This document shows positions 36,026 through 46,902 of a stretch of DNA of 52,161 nucleotides, piece by piece. This stretch comes from a bacterium (GTDB lineage: Bacteria > Zixibacteria > MSB-5A5 > GN15 > FEB-12), in NCBI GenBank assembly GCA_029211095.1, contig JARGFS010000002.1:1-52161 (forward strand), read 5' to 3'. How positions within the stretch are numbered: the stretch's first letter is position 1; each line of letters begins with the position of its first letter. The notes under the pieces are model-generated. The model saw nothing but the letters and a program-made list of their open reading frames with translations. It was not told where the DNA came from and did no database searches. The position numbers were made by a program, and so were the translations under genes.

Positions 36026-37525
36026 ATGGTGGATGGTTGGATCATCGTGAAAAAAACCATATTTCATATTGTCATTCTGTTGACTATTTTTCTGACCACA
36101 CTCCCCGGGTGTGGAAATGCTTTTGAAATGGCCGGACAGATGGTCACCTGGTCCGACTTTAACTATATCAAATATGTCAGCAGTTCAATCTACCATGCCT
36201 ACTTTGTAACCACTGATGGAATTATTAGCTACAATAAGCTCGAACAGCGATGGGACGAACCCCTGACCGGTAGTATCGGATTGGATGATCGATCAATTGA
36301 CAAACTCTGGGCCGATAAATTTGGTGACAAACTATACATTTCAACTGACCGGGGCTACTTTGAGTATGACAGTTTTTTTGAGAAGTGGTACTCTCTGATT
36401 GACCTGCCCGATTTCCAGAGAGAATTCAAACATGTGACCCCGCCTGAAATGATGTTCCCTCCGCCCGGATACCTGTATGATGATCGGGGGATATTGGACG
36501 ATCCGATCAGCCGGAAATTTGAGTTCAGCGATGTTGTCGATGACCTGTCGGGATATCTCTGGATTGGTACCTGGGGGATGGGGGCGGCCCGGGCGCGCAC
36601 CGGTGAGAAGAGAATTGAGTTGATGCCTTACGGGCTGATCCAGAACGGAGTCGGGACCATCTACAATGACTCCGGTTTACTCTGGATAGGCGGTCCGCTC
36701 GGTTTTTCAACCCGTTCCGGGCTCACCAGGTTTGATCCGGATGAGAATGAATTTGACTACGTTGAATCCGGGTTGGATAATTTCTTCCCCCCGGCCGATA
36801 TCAACTGCCTGGCTCCCTACAAGAACTATATGCTGATCGGCAGTTCTCGCGGCCTGTATTATTTGAATACCGAATCTGACCGGATTGAGATGCATCTGGA
36901 CGTCTCTGATAAACTGGCCGATGACAACCTGTTGGCTCTTGTTCCGTTTGGGGATTCAGTTTTTGTCGGGACAGAATATGGCCTCAACCTCCTGGTGGGT
37001 GAACCGCCGGAGATATCCTATGTCTGGCCGAATGAATTCTTGAATCGGCGCGTATATGATCTTGAACTGGTCGGTGATGATCTCTGGATTGCCGCTTCCA
37101 ACGGGGCCTATCGCCTGAATCTTGTTTCGGGCGGACTGCAGAGATTTCAGGACCCCGGGAACAGACTATTTGGCGAAATCTATGATTTGGAACTGTGGGA
37201 GAATTATCTCTGGTTTGCCACCAACGATCTGATTATGCGTCTGGATTTGGAGAGCGGGGAGACCGAGCCCTACCAACTGTTGACAACTTCGTTTCGGCCC
37301 CGGAAAATCGCCGCCAATGATCGTATAGCCGCTGTTACCGCGGATGACGGCGTAACCCTGTTTTTTTTAGACAGGGACCCGGTTTTTGACCGCACCTTCT
37401 CGATCGAAGACGGGCTTCCGTCCAACACTGTCTATGAGCTGGAGCTGGATGGTGATTTCCTTTGGGTTGGCTCTGACCGCGGCCTGACCCGATTTTGGTG
37501 GAATAATCCGAACCGGGTTGATTGA
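36026..37525 (+). CDS. Lipoprotein with two-component-regulator-propeller-like beta-propeller repeats
   Basis: The lipobox is LTTLPGC. There are repeated ...LWIGT/LWIGG/LWIAA/LWFAT/LWVGS... blades. The exact start is uncertain; an in-frame GTG lies about 21 nt downstream. Confidence 0.7.
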   Translation: MVDGWIIVKKTIFHIVILLTIFLTTLPGCGNAFEMAGQMVTWSDFNYIKYVSSSIYHAYFVTTDGIISYNKLEQRWDEPLTGSIGLDDRSIDKLWADKFGDKLYISTDRGYFEYDSFFEKWYSLIDLPDFQREFKHVTPPEMMFPPPGYLYDDRGILDDPISRKFEFSDVVDDLSGYLWIGTWGMGAARARTGEKRIELMPYGLIQNGVGTIYNDSGLLWIGGPLGFSTRSGLTRFDPDENEFDYVESGLDNFFPPADINCLAPYKNYMLIGSSRGLYYLNTESDRIEMHLDVSDKLADDNLLALVPFGDSVFVGTEYGLNLLVGEPPEISYVWPNEFLNRRVYDLELVGDDLWIAASNGAYRLNLVSGGLQRFQDPGNRLFGEIYDLELWENYLWFATNDLIMRLDLESGETEPYQLLTTSFRPRKIAANDRIAAVTADDGVTLFFLDRDPVFDRTFSIEDGLPSNTVYELELDGDFLWVGSDRGLTRFWWNNPNRVD

Positions 37526-37612
37526 AATCTCCCCCTTTATTTAAGGTTGAATGACGGGCCAACTTTTGTTAGACTCCTATTGCAACCTGTAGATTAGAAA
37601 CCGAATCTGGAT

Positions 37613-38533
37613 ATGAAAACAAACCTGCTGGACAATTTTTGGCTGCGCGTGGTCGCCCTTTTAATGGGAATACTGTTGTGGCTTCATGTGGCTACTGAAA
37701 AACAATACACCTACGAGGTGCGACTTCCGGTCAGCGAAATCAGCTTGCCGGAAGAACTGAGTCTGATCTCTGATCCGGTTGATTCTGTTGACGTCATTGT
37801 CTCTGCCACTGGGAAGAAACTTCTCCGCAAAAAGTGGCGGGCAAACGGAATTCGGATTAGCGCCACCGGGTTTGAGGCTGGAAGGCATACGCTCACTCTC
37901 AATCCTTCCAATGCCTTTCTGGCCGGTTCCGACAATGCCGTCACCCTGGATAAGATTGTCTTCCCCACCTCCATTGATCTGGAGATTGACTTCTCCATGG
38001 AAAAACAGGTTCCGGTCATTCCGGATATCGAGGCTACCGCGGATGAAGGTTTCGCCGTTACCGGAACGATGAATCCGCTTCCGCCCGAAGTTACCATTAC
38101 CGGTCCGCGCTCCCTGGTGAAGGATATCAGTTCCATCAGGACGGACCACAAAGTCCTGACCGGACTGAGAAATGATATAACACTCATAATTCCGTTAGTA
38201 CCGCTTGAAGGGCGGGATCTGGTGGTTGCACCTGACTCGGTCGAAGTTACGGTCGAAGTTGTCCCGGTCAAGACGGTCTCATTTGAGAGTATACCAATTG
38301 TGGTGTTCAATGCCCCCACCGACCGCCAGGTCTACACAGACCCGGCCTGGATTTCCGTTGAACTGACCGGTTCTCCTACCGAGATTGACAAGCTGGATCG
38401 CTTTGCTATCGTTGTCTCTGCCGATTATCGCCATCTGGCCGCCGATGGAAGAGCGCCATTAAAAATTGAATGTCCCAGTAAGTTCAGTATCAAAAATGCC
38501 TCCCACGATCGTGTTCGTATCGGCTTCAGATAG
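37613..38533 (+). CDS. YbbR-domain protein (CdaR-like)
   Basis: The N-terminal anchor is NFWLRVVALLMGILLWLHV. It is followed by repeated YbbR-like modules (...V.V.G....L..L......). Confidence 0.75.
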   Translation: MKTNLLDNFWLRVVALLMGILLWLHVATEKQYTYEVRLPVSEISLPEELSLISDPVDSVDVIVSATGKKLLRKKWRANGIRISATGFEAGRHTLTLNPSNAFLAGSDNAVTLDKIVFPTSIDLEIDFSMEKQVPVIPDIEATADEGFAVTGTMNPLPPEVTITGPRSLVKDISSIRTDHKVLTGLRNDITLIIPLVPLEGRDLVVAPDSVEVTVEVVPVKTVSFESIPIVVFNAPTDRQVYTDPAWISVELTGSPTEIDKLDRFAIVVSADYRHLAADGRAPLKIECPSKFSIKNASHDRVRIGFR

Positions 38534-38535
38534 TC

Positions 38536-39537
38536 ATGCTTGTTCTTGGTATAGAAACTTCCTGCGATGAAACCTCGGTTGCTCTCGTCCGAGAGGGGCG
38601 CGAGATTCTCTCCAACATTATTCTGTCTCAGCTGGAACATGTCAAGTTTGGCGGAGTTGTCCCGGAAGTCGCCTCCCGTGAACATCTCCGCGCTATCATT
38701 CCTGTCTATGACGAAGCTTTCAAACAGGCCGGTGTCGACCTTGAGGAAGTAGACCTGGTGGCTGCCACTATGGGACCGGGCTTGGTGGGACCGTTATTGG
38801 TGGGATTAACTTTTGCCAAGGGGCTGGCCTATTCCCGATCCATTCCGTTTGTCGCGGTAAACCATATGGAAGGTCACCTGGCGGCTAACATCCTGGAACA
38901 TCCGGAACTGGAGGAAAACCACCTTACCCTGATTGTCTCCGGGGGGCATACCATGTTGGTCGAGGTCAAGAAATTCGGAGAATACGAGTTGCTGGGCCAG
39001 ACCAAAGATGATGCTGCCGGTGAGGCGTTTGACAAGGTAGCCAAGATTATGGGGCTCGGTTATCCGGGGGGCGTCCAGATTGACCGACTGGCCCGTGAAG
39101 GGGACCCTAAGTTTCTCAAACTACCCCGACCTATGATCAGGGATGATTCCTTCCAATTCTCCTACTCCGGATTAAAGACCGCGGTGATGATGCAGATAAA
39201 AAAGATGACAGCCGGTGAATTTGAACAACACAGGGCCGACATTGCGGCCTCTTTTCAGGAGGCGGCCGTTGACGTACTGGTGGAGAAGACGATCCGGGCG
39301 GCCCGGATGAAAAAAACCAGGGACCTGACCATCTCAGGTGGGGTGGCTGCCAACAGCAGACTGAGGGAGGTCATGCAGCGGAAATGCGACCAGGCAAATC
39401 GGCGCCTCTTTTATCCATCGCTGCCGTTGTGCACAGACAATGCCGCAATGATTGCGGCAGCCGGATATTATCAATTCAAGAATGATGGTCCGAGTGAACT
39501 GACGGCCAACGCCATTCCATACCTTAAGTTAGTTTAG
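38536..39537 (+). CDS. tsaD: tRNA N6-adenosine threonylcarbamoyltransferase
   Basis: MLVLGIETSCDETSVALV, VNHMEGHL and the GYPGG motif. Confidence 0.96.
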   Translation: MLVLGIETSCDETSVALVREGREILSNIILSQLEHVKFGGVVPEVASREHLRAIIPVYDEAFKQAGVDLEEVDLVAATMGPGLVGPLLVGLTFAKGLAYSRSIPFVAVNHMEGHLAANILEHPELEENHLTLIVSGGHTMLVEVKKFGEYELLGQTKDDAAGEAFDKVAKIMGLGYPGGVQIDRLAREGDPKFLKLPRPMIRDDSFQFSYSGLKTAVMMQIKKMTAGEFEQHRADIAASFQEAAVDVLVEKTIRAARMKKTRDLTISGGVAANSRLREVMQRKCDQANRRLFYPSLPLCTDNAAMIAAAGYYQFKNDGPSELTANAIPYLKLV

Positions 39538-39548
39538 AAACCAATCAA

Positions 39549-41639
39549 CTACCGGAGCTGTTCTTCGCGCAGAGCTGATTCCAGTTGCTTGAGATTTGAC
39601 GTCATGCTTTCTGACGGTTGAAGCCGCTCAATCGGAAGCACACTGTTCATCCGGTCCAAAGATACCAGAGCCGAATCAACTTCCCCGGAATCATATTCTG
39701 AAAGAACCAGTTGGGCAAAGGCGGGATACAAATTGTGATAAGCCCATCTGGTGGGTGTTTCAATCAAAACGTTGGGATCATCGATACCGGCGAAGTCATA
39801 CTTTTCAAACAGATTCTCTTTCAGCGGACCAAGCCCGGCCTCGGAGACGGGAAGAGGTAGAAGCAGTTGGGTAAAACCCTCGACCCGAAGGTAGTTGGAT
39901 AGATAGCGGAGGTTCGAACCGGTTGCCGAAGAGGCTACGTAAATAGGACGCCTCCATTGATTATTCTTGATCAAATTCAGGATAAACTGATCCGAGACCA
40001 GCAGGTATCCGGCCTCAATAGTCGGGGGAACTTCCATAGCAATTTTGCTCGGCCAGGTCGCATCGTCCGGCAGCATCGGGTCATAGTTCGGTGGATCGAC
40101 CGGAAAGCTTACGGTCGTATCTGACCAGGAGATTGGTTGGAGTGAATCCATTTCATTCACGCCAAACTCAATCGGGAAACCGGGTTCGCGCTGGAGCAGA
40201 TTGTCGCGATACCAGTCTGTGTTGAGCAAAGGGACATTCAGGATTGTAATATCGGGGCGGACCTTTTCCACCTGTTGCATATACCAGAGCGGATAAGTAT
40301 CGGTATCTCCGCCAGTCAGTATGATTGCGTTTGGCTGCATCTGTTCAAGAATATCGACCGCAAACTGGCGGCAGAAATTACGATTCGAGGCATTGACCTG
40401 ATCAAACCGGGCCCAGAGTTGGCTTACCGGAAGCGCCAGCAACAATGTAATTAAAATAGATACGGCGGCGGTCCCGGCCAGGCTGTGTCGTTTTGAACCG
40501 GCCCAGACCAGCAACTGATGCGAACCGACTCCCAGAAAGACGGCAAAGATTACAAACGAAGGAAGATAGTGCCTGTCCATTGAACGAAAGAAATTCTCCG
40601 GAACATTAAAATACAGAATTGCTCCGGCTGAACTGAGCAGAAACAGACTGGTCAATAGGACTGCTATCTTTCGTTTCCGCTTCCAGAGAATAACAGCGCC
40701 AAACAGTCCCACCAGTAGGGCAGCCTCTCTAATGAAAGAGAGTGGACCGGCATTGTAGAGAAACGTGTCTGCAAAATCATTGATATAGTCCATCACCTGA
40801 CCGGAGAAAAATTCATCCTTGCGCGGCCAGAGATTCACCAGCAATCCACCCCCATATTGCTTGAGTGATACATAATTCCAGAATCTTGAGAGAGTGGTGG
40901 GATTGCTGGCATTGAGAAAAGGTCGGGCCGAAGCCATCAACATGATAAGAAAATGCAATGACAGTCCCAGACAGCCGCCCAGAATGGGAGATAGCCAGGT
41001 GCGCCATCGATACCTTAATCTCTTCTGAAGCAGGAGAATTGCCACCAGGACGGCCGGAGCCAAAAGGAGGTTGGTGCGGTGGACGGAGATATCCAGTCCA
41101 AGAAGTAACCCGGTCAGAAACAGAAAGCGGAATATTGATCGGTCGACCTGATTCTCCCGCACCACCCGGAGCAGAGCCAGCACAATCAACACCGTGAATA
41201 AAGGCGTCAAAACATAGGGTGTGAATTTGATCGCATACCGCCAGAGAGTCAGGCCAAATCCAAGGGTAAGAATGGCGCTGGCCGAAGCTACCAGCAACGG
41301 CCACTGTTTATAGTCAGCATCCGCCGTCGTTGCTATCCGGATCAGTCCGGCCGTCAGAGCAAGTGTCAGCACGGCCAGAACTGCAGCCAGCAGATTGTAC
41401 GCAAAGGCGATTGAGTCAACCGGGATTACCCAGCTCAGAGGATAGCCCATCAGGGTCAGCAAGAGAGAGCCGGGCGGATGAGCCACACCCAGGGTGGCGG
41501 CGGCCAGTGAATATTCAGCGCTGTCCCACCAGGTAATTGATCGGTAGGCGGTCAGATAGTAGATTAGGTAGACGAAAGGGAGCAGCCACCAGATTGATTT
41601 TTTCCATCCCCCTGACCTGTCCTTTACATGGCCAACCAT
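39549..41639 (-). CDS. DUF2723-family polytopic membrane protein (GT-C-like glycosyltransferase fold)
   Basis: WWDSAEYSLAAATLGVAHPPGSLL matches the DUF2723 N-terminal signature. There are about 11 TM segments and a soluble C-terminal domain. Confidence 0.7.
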   Translation of the reverse strand: MVGHVKDRSGGWKKSIWWLLPFVYLIYYLTAYRSITWWDSAEYSLAAATLGVAHPPGSLLLTLMGYPLSWVIPVDSIAFAYNLLAAVLAVLTLALTAGLIRIATTADADYKQWPLLVASASAILTLGFGLTLWRYAIKFTPYVLTPLFTVLIVLALLRVVRENQVDRSIFRFLFLTGLLLGLDISVHRTNLLLAPAVLVAILLLQKRLRYRWRTWLSPILGGCLGLSLHFLIMLMASARPFLNASNPTTLSRFWNYVSLKQYGGGLLVNLWPRKDEFFSGQVMDYINDFADTFLYNAGPLSFIREAALLVGLFGAVILWKRKRKIAVLLTSLFLLSSAGAILYFNVPENFFRSMDRHYLPSFVIFAVFLGVGSHQLLVWAGSKRHSLAGTAAVSILITLLLALPVSQLWARFDQVNASNRNFCRQFAVDILEQMQPNAIILTGGDTDTYPLWYMQQVEKVRPDITILNVPLLNTDWYRDNLLQREPGFPIEFGVNEMDSLQPISWSDTTVSFPVDPPNYDPMLPDDATWPSKIAMEVPPTIEAGYLLVSDQFILNLIKNNQWRRPIYVASSATGSNLRYLSNYLRVEGFTQLLLPLPVSEAGLGPLKENLFEKYDFAGIDDPNVLIETPTRWAYHNLYPAFAQLVLSEYDSGEVDSALVSLDRMNSVLPIERLQPSESMTSNLKQLESALREEQLR

Positions 41640-41652
41640 ATCTATGATACCC

Positions 41653-43545
41653 TCAGGACAACTCCTGGTTCGATTCTATTTCCTCAATTCTTTCATACAC
41701 CCAGCCCTGACCGGAGAACCAGGCGGTTGCTTTCTCACGCTCTTCTTCAAACAGTAAGAAAGTGACCAGGTCCCCCTGCTTTAGTTTTGTCTCTTCATCT
41801 ATCGGGTATGCCCGCCCGGATCGGCTGATAACCAGAGCAAAGAGGGTCCGTTCAATAGACTCAATCATCCAGGGACGGCCCTCTTCATTCTCTTCGCTTT
41901 TCTTAGTGTGGCGCCAGGTTTCAATCCGGGTCAGTTTTCTCTTGATACGCAGCGACCAGAGGTTAATATCCTGGGCCCGACCAAACAGATGCGATGCGCC
42001 CGCGTCATGAATCATCTCCGGCTCCACATGCCCGTCTTTGAGATGAGTAGCTACCAGCAGTTTGCCGACCTTGAACTCCTCTTTAGCTTTGGTGGCAAAG
42101 AGCAGATTAACTTCTTCGTTTGGTGTCAGTCCAATACACCCGCTCAGTTCATCAAGTCGTGCCCGGTAAAGCGTCCGCTCTTCCAGGGCATTCCCAAAGA
42201 CAACGTTTAACCCCATCTCTTGGGCCTGGTGAATTGCATCCGCGTTGGAGTCTATTATTGTAACTTCTTTCCCTCCATCCTTGAGAGCCTTGGCCAGGGT
42301 CAACCCGAGCTCTGTCGACCCGAGGATGGCATAACCTTGATCAGATTTTCTTCGCACTCCAAGCAGTCCGGCCACCGGTCCGGAACTGAGACCGCTGAGC
42401 AGAACCGTCACGGCAATGACCAAAAATACCATCGCCCGGAGCTGAGTGCCGCCATCAATCCCGGCGGCGCTGAGTTCAATGGCAAAGAAAGAGGCGACAG
42501 CAGCAGCAACAATACCACGCGGAGCCATCCAGGCCAGAAAAGCGCGTTCGTTAAGTTTCAATCCGGAGCCAGCCGTGCCGACCGCAATATTAAGAGGTCG
42601 GACGACAAAAATCAGAATCGCAACTGTGATTAGTCCCTCTACTCCAAGGGCACGAATGTCATCAAACCGGATATCGGCGGCCAGCAGGACAAAAAGCATC
42701 GCGATCAGCATAACGGTCAACTGTTCTTTGAACTCGGCCAGGTCGCGGGATATTCTTGCGTGTGTATTCCCAACAACAAGTCCGGCCGCCGTGACAGCCA
42801 TGATCCCGGACTCATGCATCAGCGCATTTGAGATATGAAAAATGGCCCAGACCGAGGCCAGCACAAAAATATTCCCGAGCCCTTCGGGGATCAGTTTTTT
42901 CGGGCGCAGCATCAGGGCCAGCGCAAATCCGCTCGCCAGTCCGATCAGCGCCCCGGCACCCAGCCGCAGGATGATACTTAGCAGGCCGACAAAAAACGAT
43001 GCGCTCGAAGGATGGATAACAATATCAAGAGCAACGATTGCGATAATAGCCCCAATCGGATCGATCAGGACCCCTTCCGCTTCGAGAATCGTTCCCACCG
43101 AATGCTTCAACCGTACCCGACGAACTATAGGCGTAATCACTGTTGGTCCGGTGACAATGACGAGAGTACCAAAAAGAATTGCCTGATTCCAATCCCAGTC
43201 CATCACAAAGTGGGCCGCCAGAGCCGCGCCAACAGCGGTGACTATAGCTCCCCAGATAACCAATTGCCTCAGAGTTTGGGATTCTCTGCGCAGTCTTTTT
43301 ATTTCAAGGTTGAGAGCCCCCTCAAATAGAATCACGGCGACAGCAAACCCAACCAGTGTCTGCAGGGCGCCGCCCAGTACTGAGGGGTCAATTACGCCAA
43401 GCAGATCCGGACCCATCAGGGCACCCATGCCGAGAAGGAGGACAATGCCGGGGATACGGAGATGCCGGGCGAGTATCTGGGCTGAGACACCGCCCACCAG
43501 TGCCAGCGCTATTGTCAAGGCTACATTTGCTTCTAATAATTCCAT
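41653..43545 (-). CDS. Cation:proton antiporter (CPA1, Na+/H+ exchanger type) with C-terminal RCK/TrkA domains
   Basis: Polytopic N-terminal 400 aa. The Rossmann-type TrkA-N segment is AILGSTELGLTLAKALKDGGKEVTIIDSN. There is also a TrkA-C-like tail. Confidence 0.85.
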   Translation of the reverse strand: MELLEANVALTIALALVGGVSAQILARHLRIPGIVLLLGMGALMGPDLLGVIDPSVLGGALQTLVGFAVAVILFEGALNLEIKRLRRESQTLRQLVIWGAIVTAVGAALAAHFVMDWDWNQAILFGTLVIVTGPTVITPIVRRVRLKHSVGTILEAEGVLIDPIGAIIAIVALDIVIHPSSASFFVGLLSIILRLGAGALIGLASGFALALMLRPKKLIPEGLGNIFVLASVWAIFHISNALMHESGIMAVTAAGLVVGNTHARISRDLAEFKEQLTVMLIAMLFVLLAADIRFDDIRALGVEGLITVAILIFVVRPLNIAVGTAGSGLKLNERAFLAWMAPRGIVAAAVASFFAIELSAAGIDGGTQLRAMVFLVIAVTVLLSGLSSGPVAGLLGVRRKSDQGYAILGSTELGLTLAKALKDGGKEVTIIDSNADAIHQAQEMGLNVVFGNALEERTLYRARLDELSGCIGLTPNEEVNLLFATKAKEEFKVGKLLVATHLKDGHVEPEMIHDAGASHLFGRAQDINLWSLRIKRKLTRIETWRHTKKSEENEEGRPWMIESIERTLFALVISRSGRAYPIDEETKLKQGDLVTFLLFEEEREKATAWFSGQGWVYERIEEIESNQELS

Positions 43546-43627
43546 GATGACTTACCTGATTCAGGGTAAGTGCGAGATCAGTTGGGCTCAACAACAAAAA
43601 TGGAGAATTGATTTTGGGTAGGTCAGC

Positions 43628-44173
43628 TTAGAGTCTGGGGAAGCGGAGTTTCACCGGTAGTTCGGTCTCATGGAATGATCGTTCCTGTCCCATGGAATCA
43701 AATCGATCCTGCTCAAGCGAATTAACCGCATTCAGTTTCCAGTCATCCCCCTGTTTTCTGAACAGCAGAAAAGTATACCGGACTGATTTGTGCCTTTGTT
43801 TGGACGCCGGGGGGAAAGAGACATAAGCCAGGCGGGACCAGTGGCCGGATTGTTTGAACTGACGCAATTGAAGGGTATCAATGTCGGGGCAGCCGCTCAT
43901 TCTTCGCAGAATAAAGCGTTGAAGAGATTTGTAGCCATCTTCGACCGCCATCGCCTTGATCTGGGCAGCTTCGACCGGATCAATGAGCGACAGAAACTGA
44001 TCAGGATGATTCTCTTCCAGGGCCAGACGGACCTGCTCGAACGATACTTCCAGGCTATCCACCAGGTCAGTCTGAACCGACTGCGTAATAGTGCTCTCGT
44101 TGCAGCCAATCAACCCGATTAACGCAATTAACGCAATGAATACCATACATTTAAGTTCGGAGATTCTCATCAT
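43628..44173 (-). CDS. Hypothetical lipoprotein (NTF2-like by impression)
   Basis: Lipobox LIGLIGC. No recognised motif. The C-terminal YTFLLFRKQGDDWKLN is reminiscent of NTF2/SnoaL-like folds. Confidence 0.55.
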   Translation of the reverse strand: MMRISELKCMVFIALIALIGLIGCNESTITQSVQTDLVDSLEVSFEQVRLALEENHPDQFLSLIDPVEAAQIKAMAVEDGYKSLQRFILRRMSGCPDIDTLQLRQFKQSGHWSRLAYVSFPPASKQRHKSVRYTFLLFRKQGDDWKLNAVNSLEQDRFDSMGQERSFHETELPVKLRFPRL

Positions 44174-44302
44174 GCCCCTCTCAATGCAAGGGGGGTGCCG
44201 CCTGTGAGACTATTTTCAGAAAATCAGGAAATAGCCCGGTTTCGGGCTGAATATGGAGAGAAATTGAGAGTAATCAGTTTAGAACAGTGACTTATTAGAA
44301 TC

Positions 44303-44331
44303 TTGCCAACCAGAAAGTTTTCACTTATTGT
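44303..44331 (+). promoter_or_regulatory. Candidate sigma-70-type promoter for pspC
   Basis: TTGCCA-N17-TATTGT, 30 nt upstream of the ATG. Confidence 0.3.
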
Positions 44332-44361
44332 GAAATCTGAAGCTGTTCAAGAAAGGCACAT

Positions 44362-44562
44362 ATGAGCTCGAAAAAACTTTACAGGAATACGAACAACAAG
44401 ATGCTCGGCGGCGTCTGTTCCGGTTTGGCCGACTACTTTGAGATCGATCCCACGCTGGTGCGTCTGCTTGCCGTTGCCTGCGTACTTCTTGGCGGTACCG
44501 GCGTTCTTGCCTATATCGTAGCCTGGATTATCATGCCGCCAATGCCAGGGTCTGCCGCTTAG
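44362..44562 (+). CDS. PspC-domain membrane protein
   Basis: KLYRNTNNKMLGGVCSGLADYFEIDPTLVRLL is the canonical PspC domain. One TM helix. Confidence 0.88.
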   Translation: MSSKKLYRNTNNKMLGGVCSGLADYFEIDPTLVRLLAVACVLLGGTGVLAYIVAWIIMPPMPGSAA

Positions 44563-44568
44563 CTTGGG

Positions 44569-45051
44569 TTATCCGGCCAGCGTTTTCATCCCCAGCATCT
44601 TCTGGATGTAGGCAATTTGTCCGATATGGTAAGCCTCGTGGAAACCGAGGAAGACGGTTCCGCCGTAGACGGTCTCATCTTCAATAGGGTAAGTGTATTC
44701 TGCTTTACCCGTAAGTGTCTCCTCATCGGCCGACTCAATGGCATCCAGCAGTCTTTTGGAGATATCATCCCAATCAGAGAGCATCTTTTCTTTGCTCGGA
44801 TAATTCGAACTCTCCTGGGCCGCCTGACCTCTCCGGAAAAGACCTTCACAGTAGATTGGCTCATCAAGTCCCAGTTGTTGAAGCATAAAAGAGCGGGAAC
44901 TAATCAGATGTCCCATGACCCACTGCAGTGAATTTGAATTTTCACCCATTCTCCTGACAAAATCCTCTTCGCTAACTTCTGCAAGAGATCTTGCGACAAA
45001 CATGGTTCCTGTTTTCAGGGCCAGCTGGGTACCGCGCATCCGTTCAATCAT
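44569..45051 (-). CDS. DinB-family (four-helix-bundle metalloenzyme-like) protein
   Basis: Conserved His positions MGHLISSR and FHEAYHIGQIAY. GGAGGA SD upstream. Confidence 0.75.
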   Translation of the reverse strand: MIERMRGTQLALKTGTMFVARSLAEVSEEDFVRRMGENSNSLQWVMGHLISSRSFMLQQLGLDEPIYCEGLFRRGQAAQESSNYPSKEKMLSDWDDISKRLLDAIESADEETLTGKAEYTYPIEDETVYGGTVFLGFHEAYHIGQIAYIQKMLGMKTLAG

Positions 45052-45105
45052 GATTCCTCCGGTCTGGTAGCATTACTTGTAAAACTGTGTGCGGCAGCCC
45101 CCCCC

Positions 45106-45157
45106 GGTCTGCCCGTCCCGAAGGAGAGAGGGGCAGACGAGGGCGTCTGCCGCCCAC
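45106..45157. repeat. 52-nt hairpin module, copy 1 (gtctgccc / gggcagac stem)
   Basis: The inner 8-bp stem is gtctgccc (45107..45114) with gggcagac (45131..45138). It is nested in an outer 7-bp stem, gcggcag (45091..45097) with ctgccgc (45147..45153). Identity to copy 2 is about 73%, by hand alignment. Confidence 0.7.
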
Positions 45158-45226
45158 AAGGGTTTCGTATTTGTATAAATCACGAAACGCATCAGCTTCT
45201 GAATTGTTCCTGCGCAAGGGCTAGAG

Positions 45227-45278
45227 ATTCTGCCTGTTCTGAGCACGGGAGGGGCAGACGAGGACGACTGCGGTCCAC
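45227..45278. repeat. 52-nt hairpin module, copy 2
   Basis: It shares ...tctgcc.gt...gaggggcagacgagg.cg.ctgc.g.ccac with copy 1, 121 nt upstream in direct orientation. Confidence 0.7.
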
Positions 45279-45282
45279 TTGC

Positions 45283-45331
45283 TGTGTTGTGGCAGGTCTT
45301 GATTCGCGATGAGCGGATTGTGACCTGCCAT
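45283..45331 (-). repeat. 49-nt imperfect palindromic repeat (REP/BIME-like), copy B
   Basis: Its reverse complement matches 3..51 at 42/49 positions. The perfect 9-bp stem is tggcaggtc (45290..45298) with gacctgcca (45322..45330). Confidence 0.75.
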
Positions 45332-45488
45332 TCTTACCACAGTCAGGTGTCGGGTCACACGGTCAACAGAAGTTGCCCGTAAGACCCAACACAACTTCCG
45401 GGGCGTGGTGCTGGCGTAGGTGACCGGGTCAAACTTGCTTTGCCCCGGATTGTAATCACATGAAGATTCTAAAAGTGGGGAATGAATT

Positions 45489-45534
45489 GTCAGGAGGGCC
45501 CTTCGGCAAGCTCAGGACAAGCAGGCCTCCTGAC
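45489..45534. repeat. Hairpin element gtcaggagg...cctcctgac with a 27-nt loop
   Basis: Inverted repeat read directly, lying just downstream of the clpX stop codon on the minus strand. No U-run follows on either strand. Confidence 0.5.
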
Positions 45535-45565
45535 CTGCGAAGGAGTCTTTCGTGCGATTCTAAGT

Positions 45566-46849
<1,284 letters not shown>

Positions 46850-46902
46850 TTTATCCTATTTTGGTTTGTGGTCCTGCTAATCCAATCAACAGGACCGATA
46901 GC

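Noticed and set aside
44560-44571. Convergent pspC and dinB stops only 6 nt apart (likewise tsaD and the DUF2723 gene, 11 nt apart at 39538-39548) with no terminator
   Set aside because: This was read directly from the sequence, but it is common in compact genomes. There is no evidence of functional antisense regulation.
45106-45278. Possible mini-CRISPR, based on two direct repeats
   Set aside because: There are only two copies, they are about 73% identical and 52 nt long, and they are separated by 69 nt of other hairpin elements. No cas genes are present. The internal stem structure fits REP-like modules better.
45052-45565. Known structured RNA (RNase P RNA, tmRNA, SRP RNA or 6S) in the large intergenic gap
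   Set aside because: Neither strand contains the hallmark conserved blocks I know. These include GAGGAAAGUCCGGGC and ACAGAA.CCGGCUUA for RNase P, a tRNA-like GGUUCGA...CCA end for tmRNA, and the SRP GGAA/GNAR motif context. An unknown ncRNA is not excluded.
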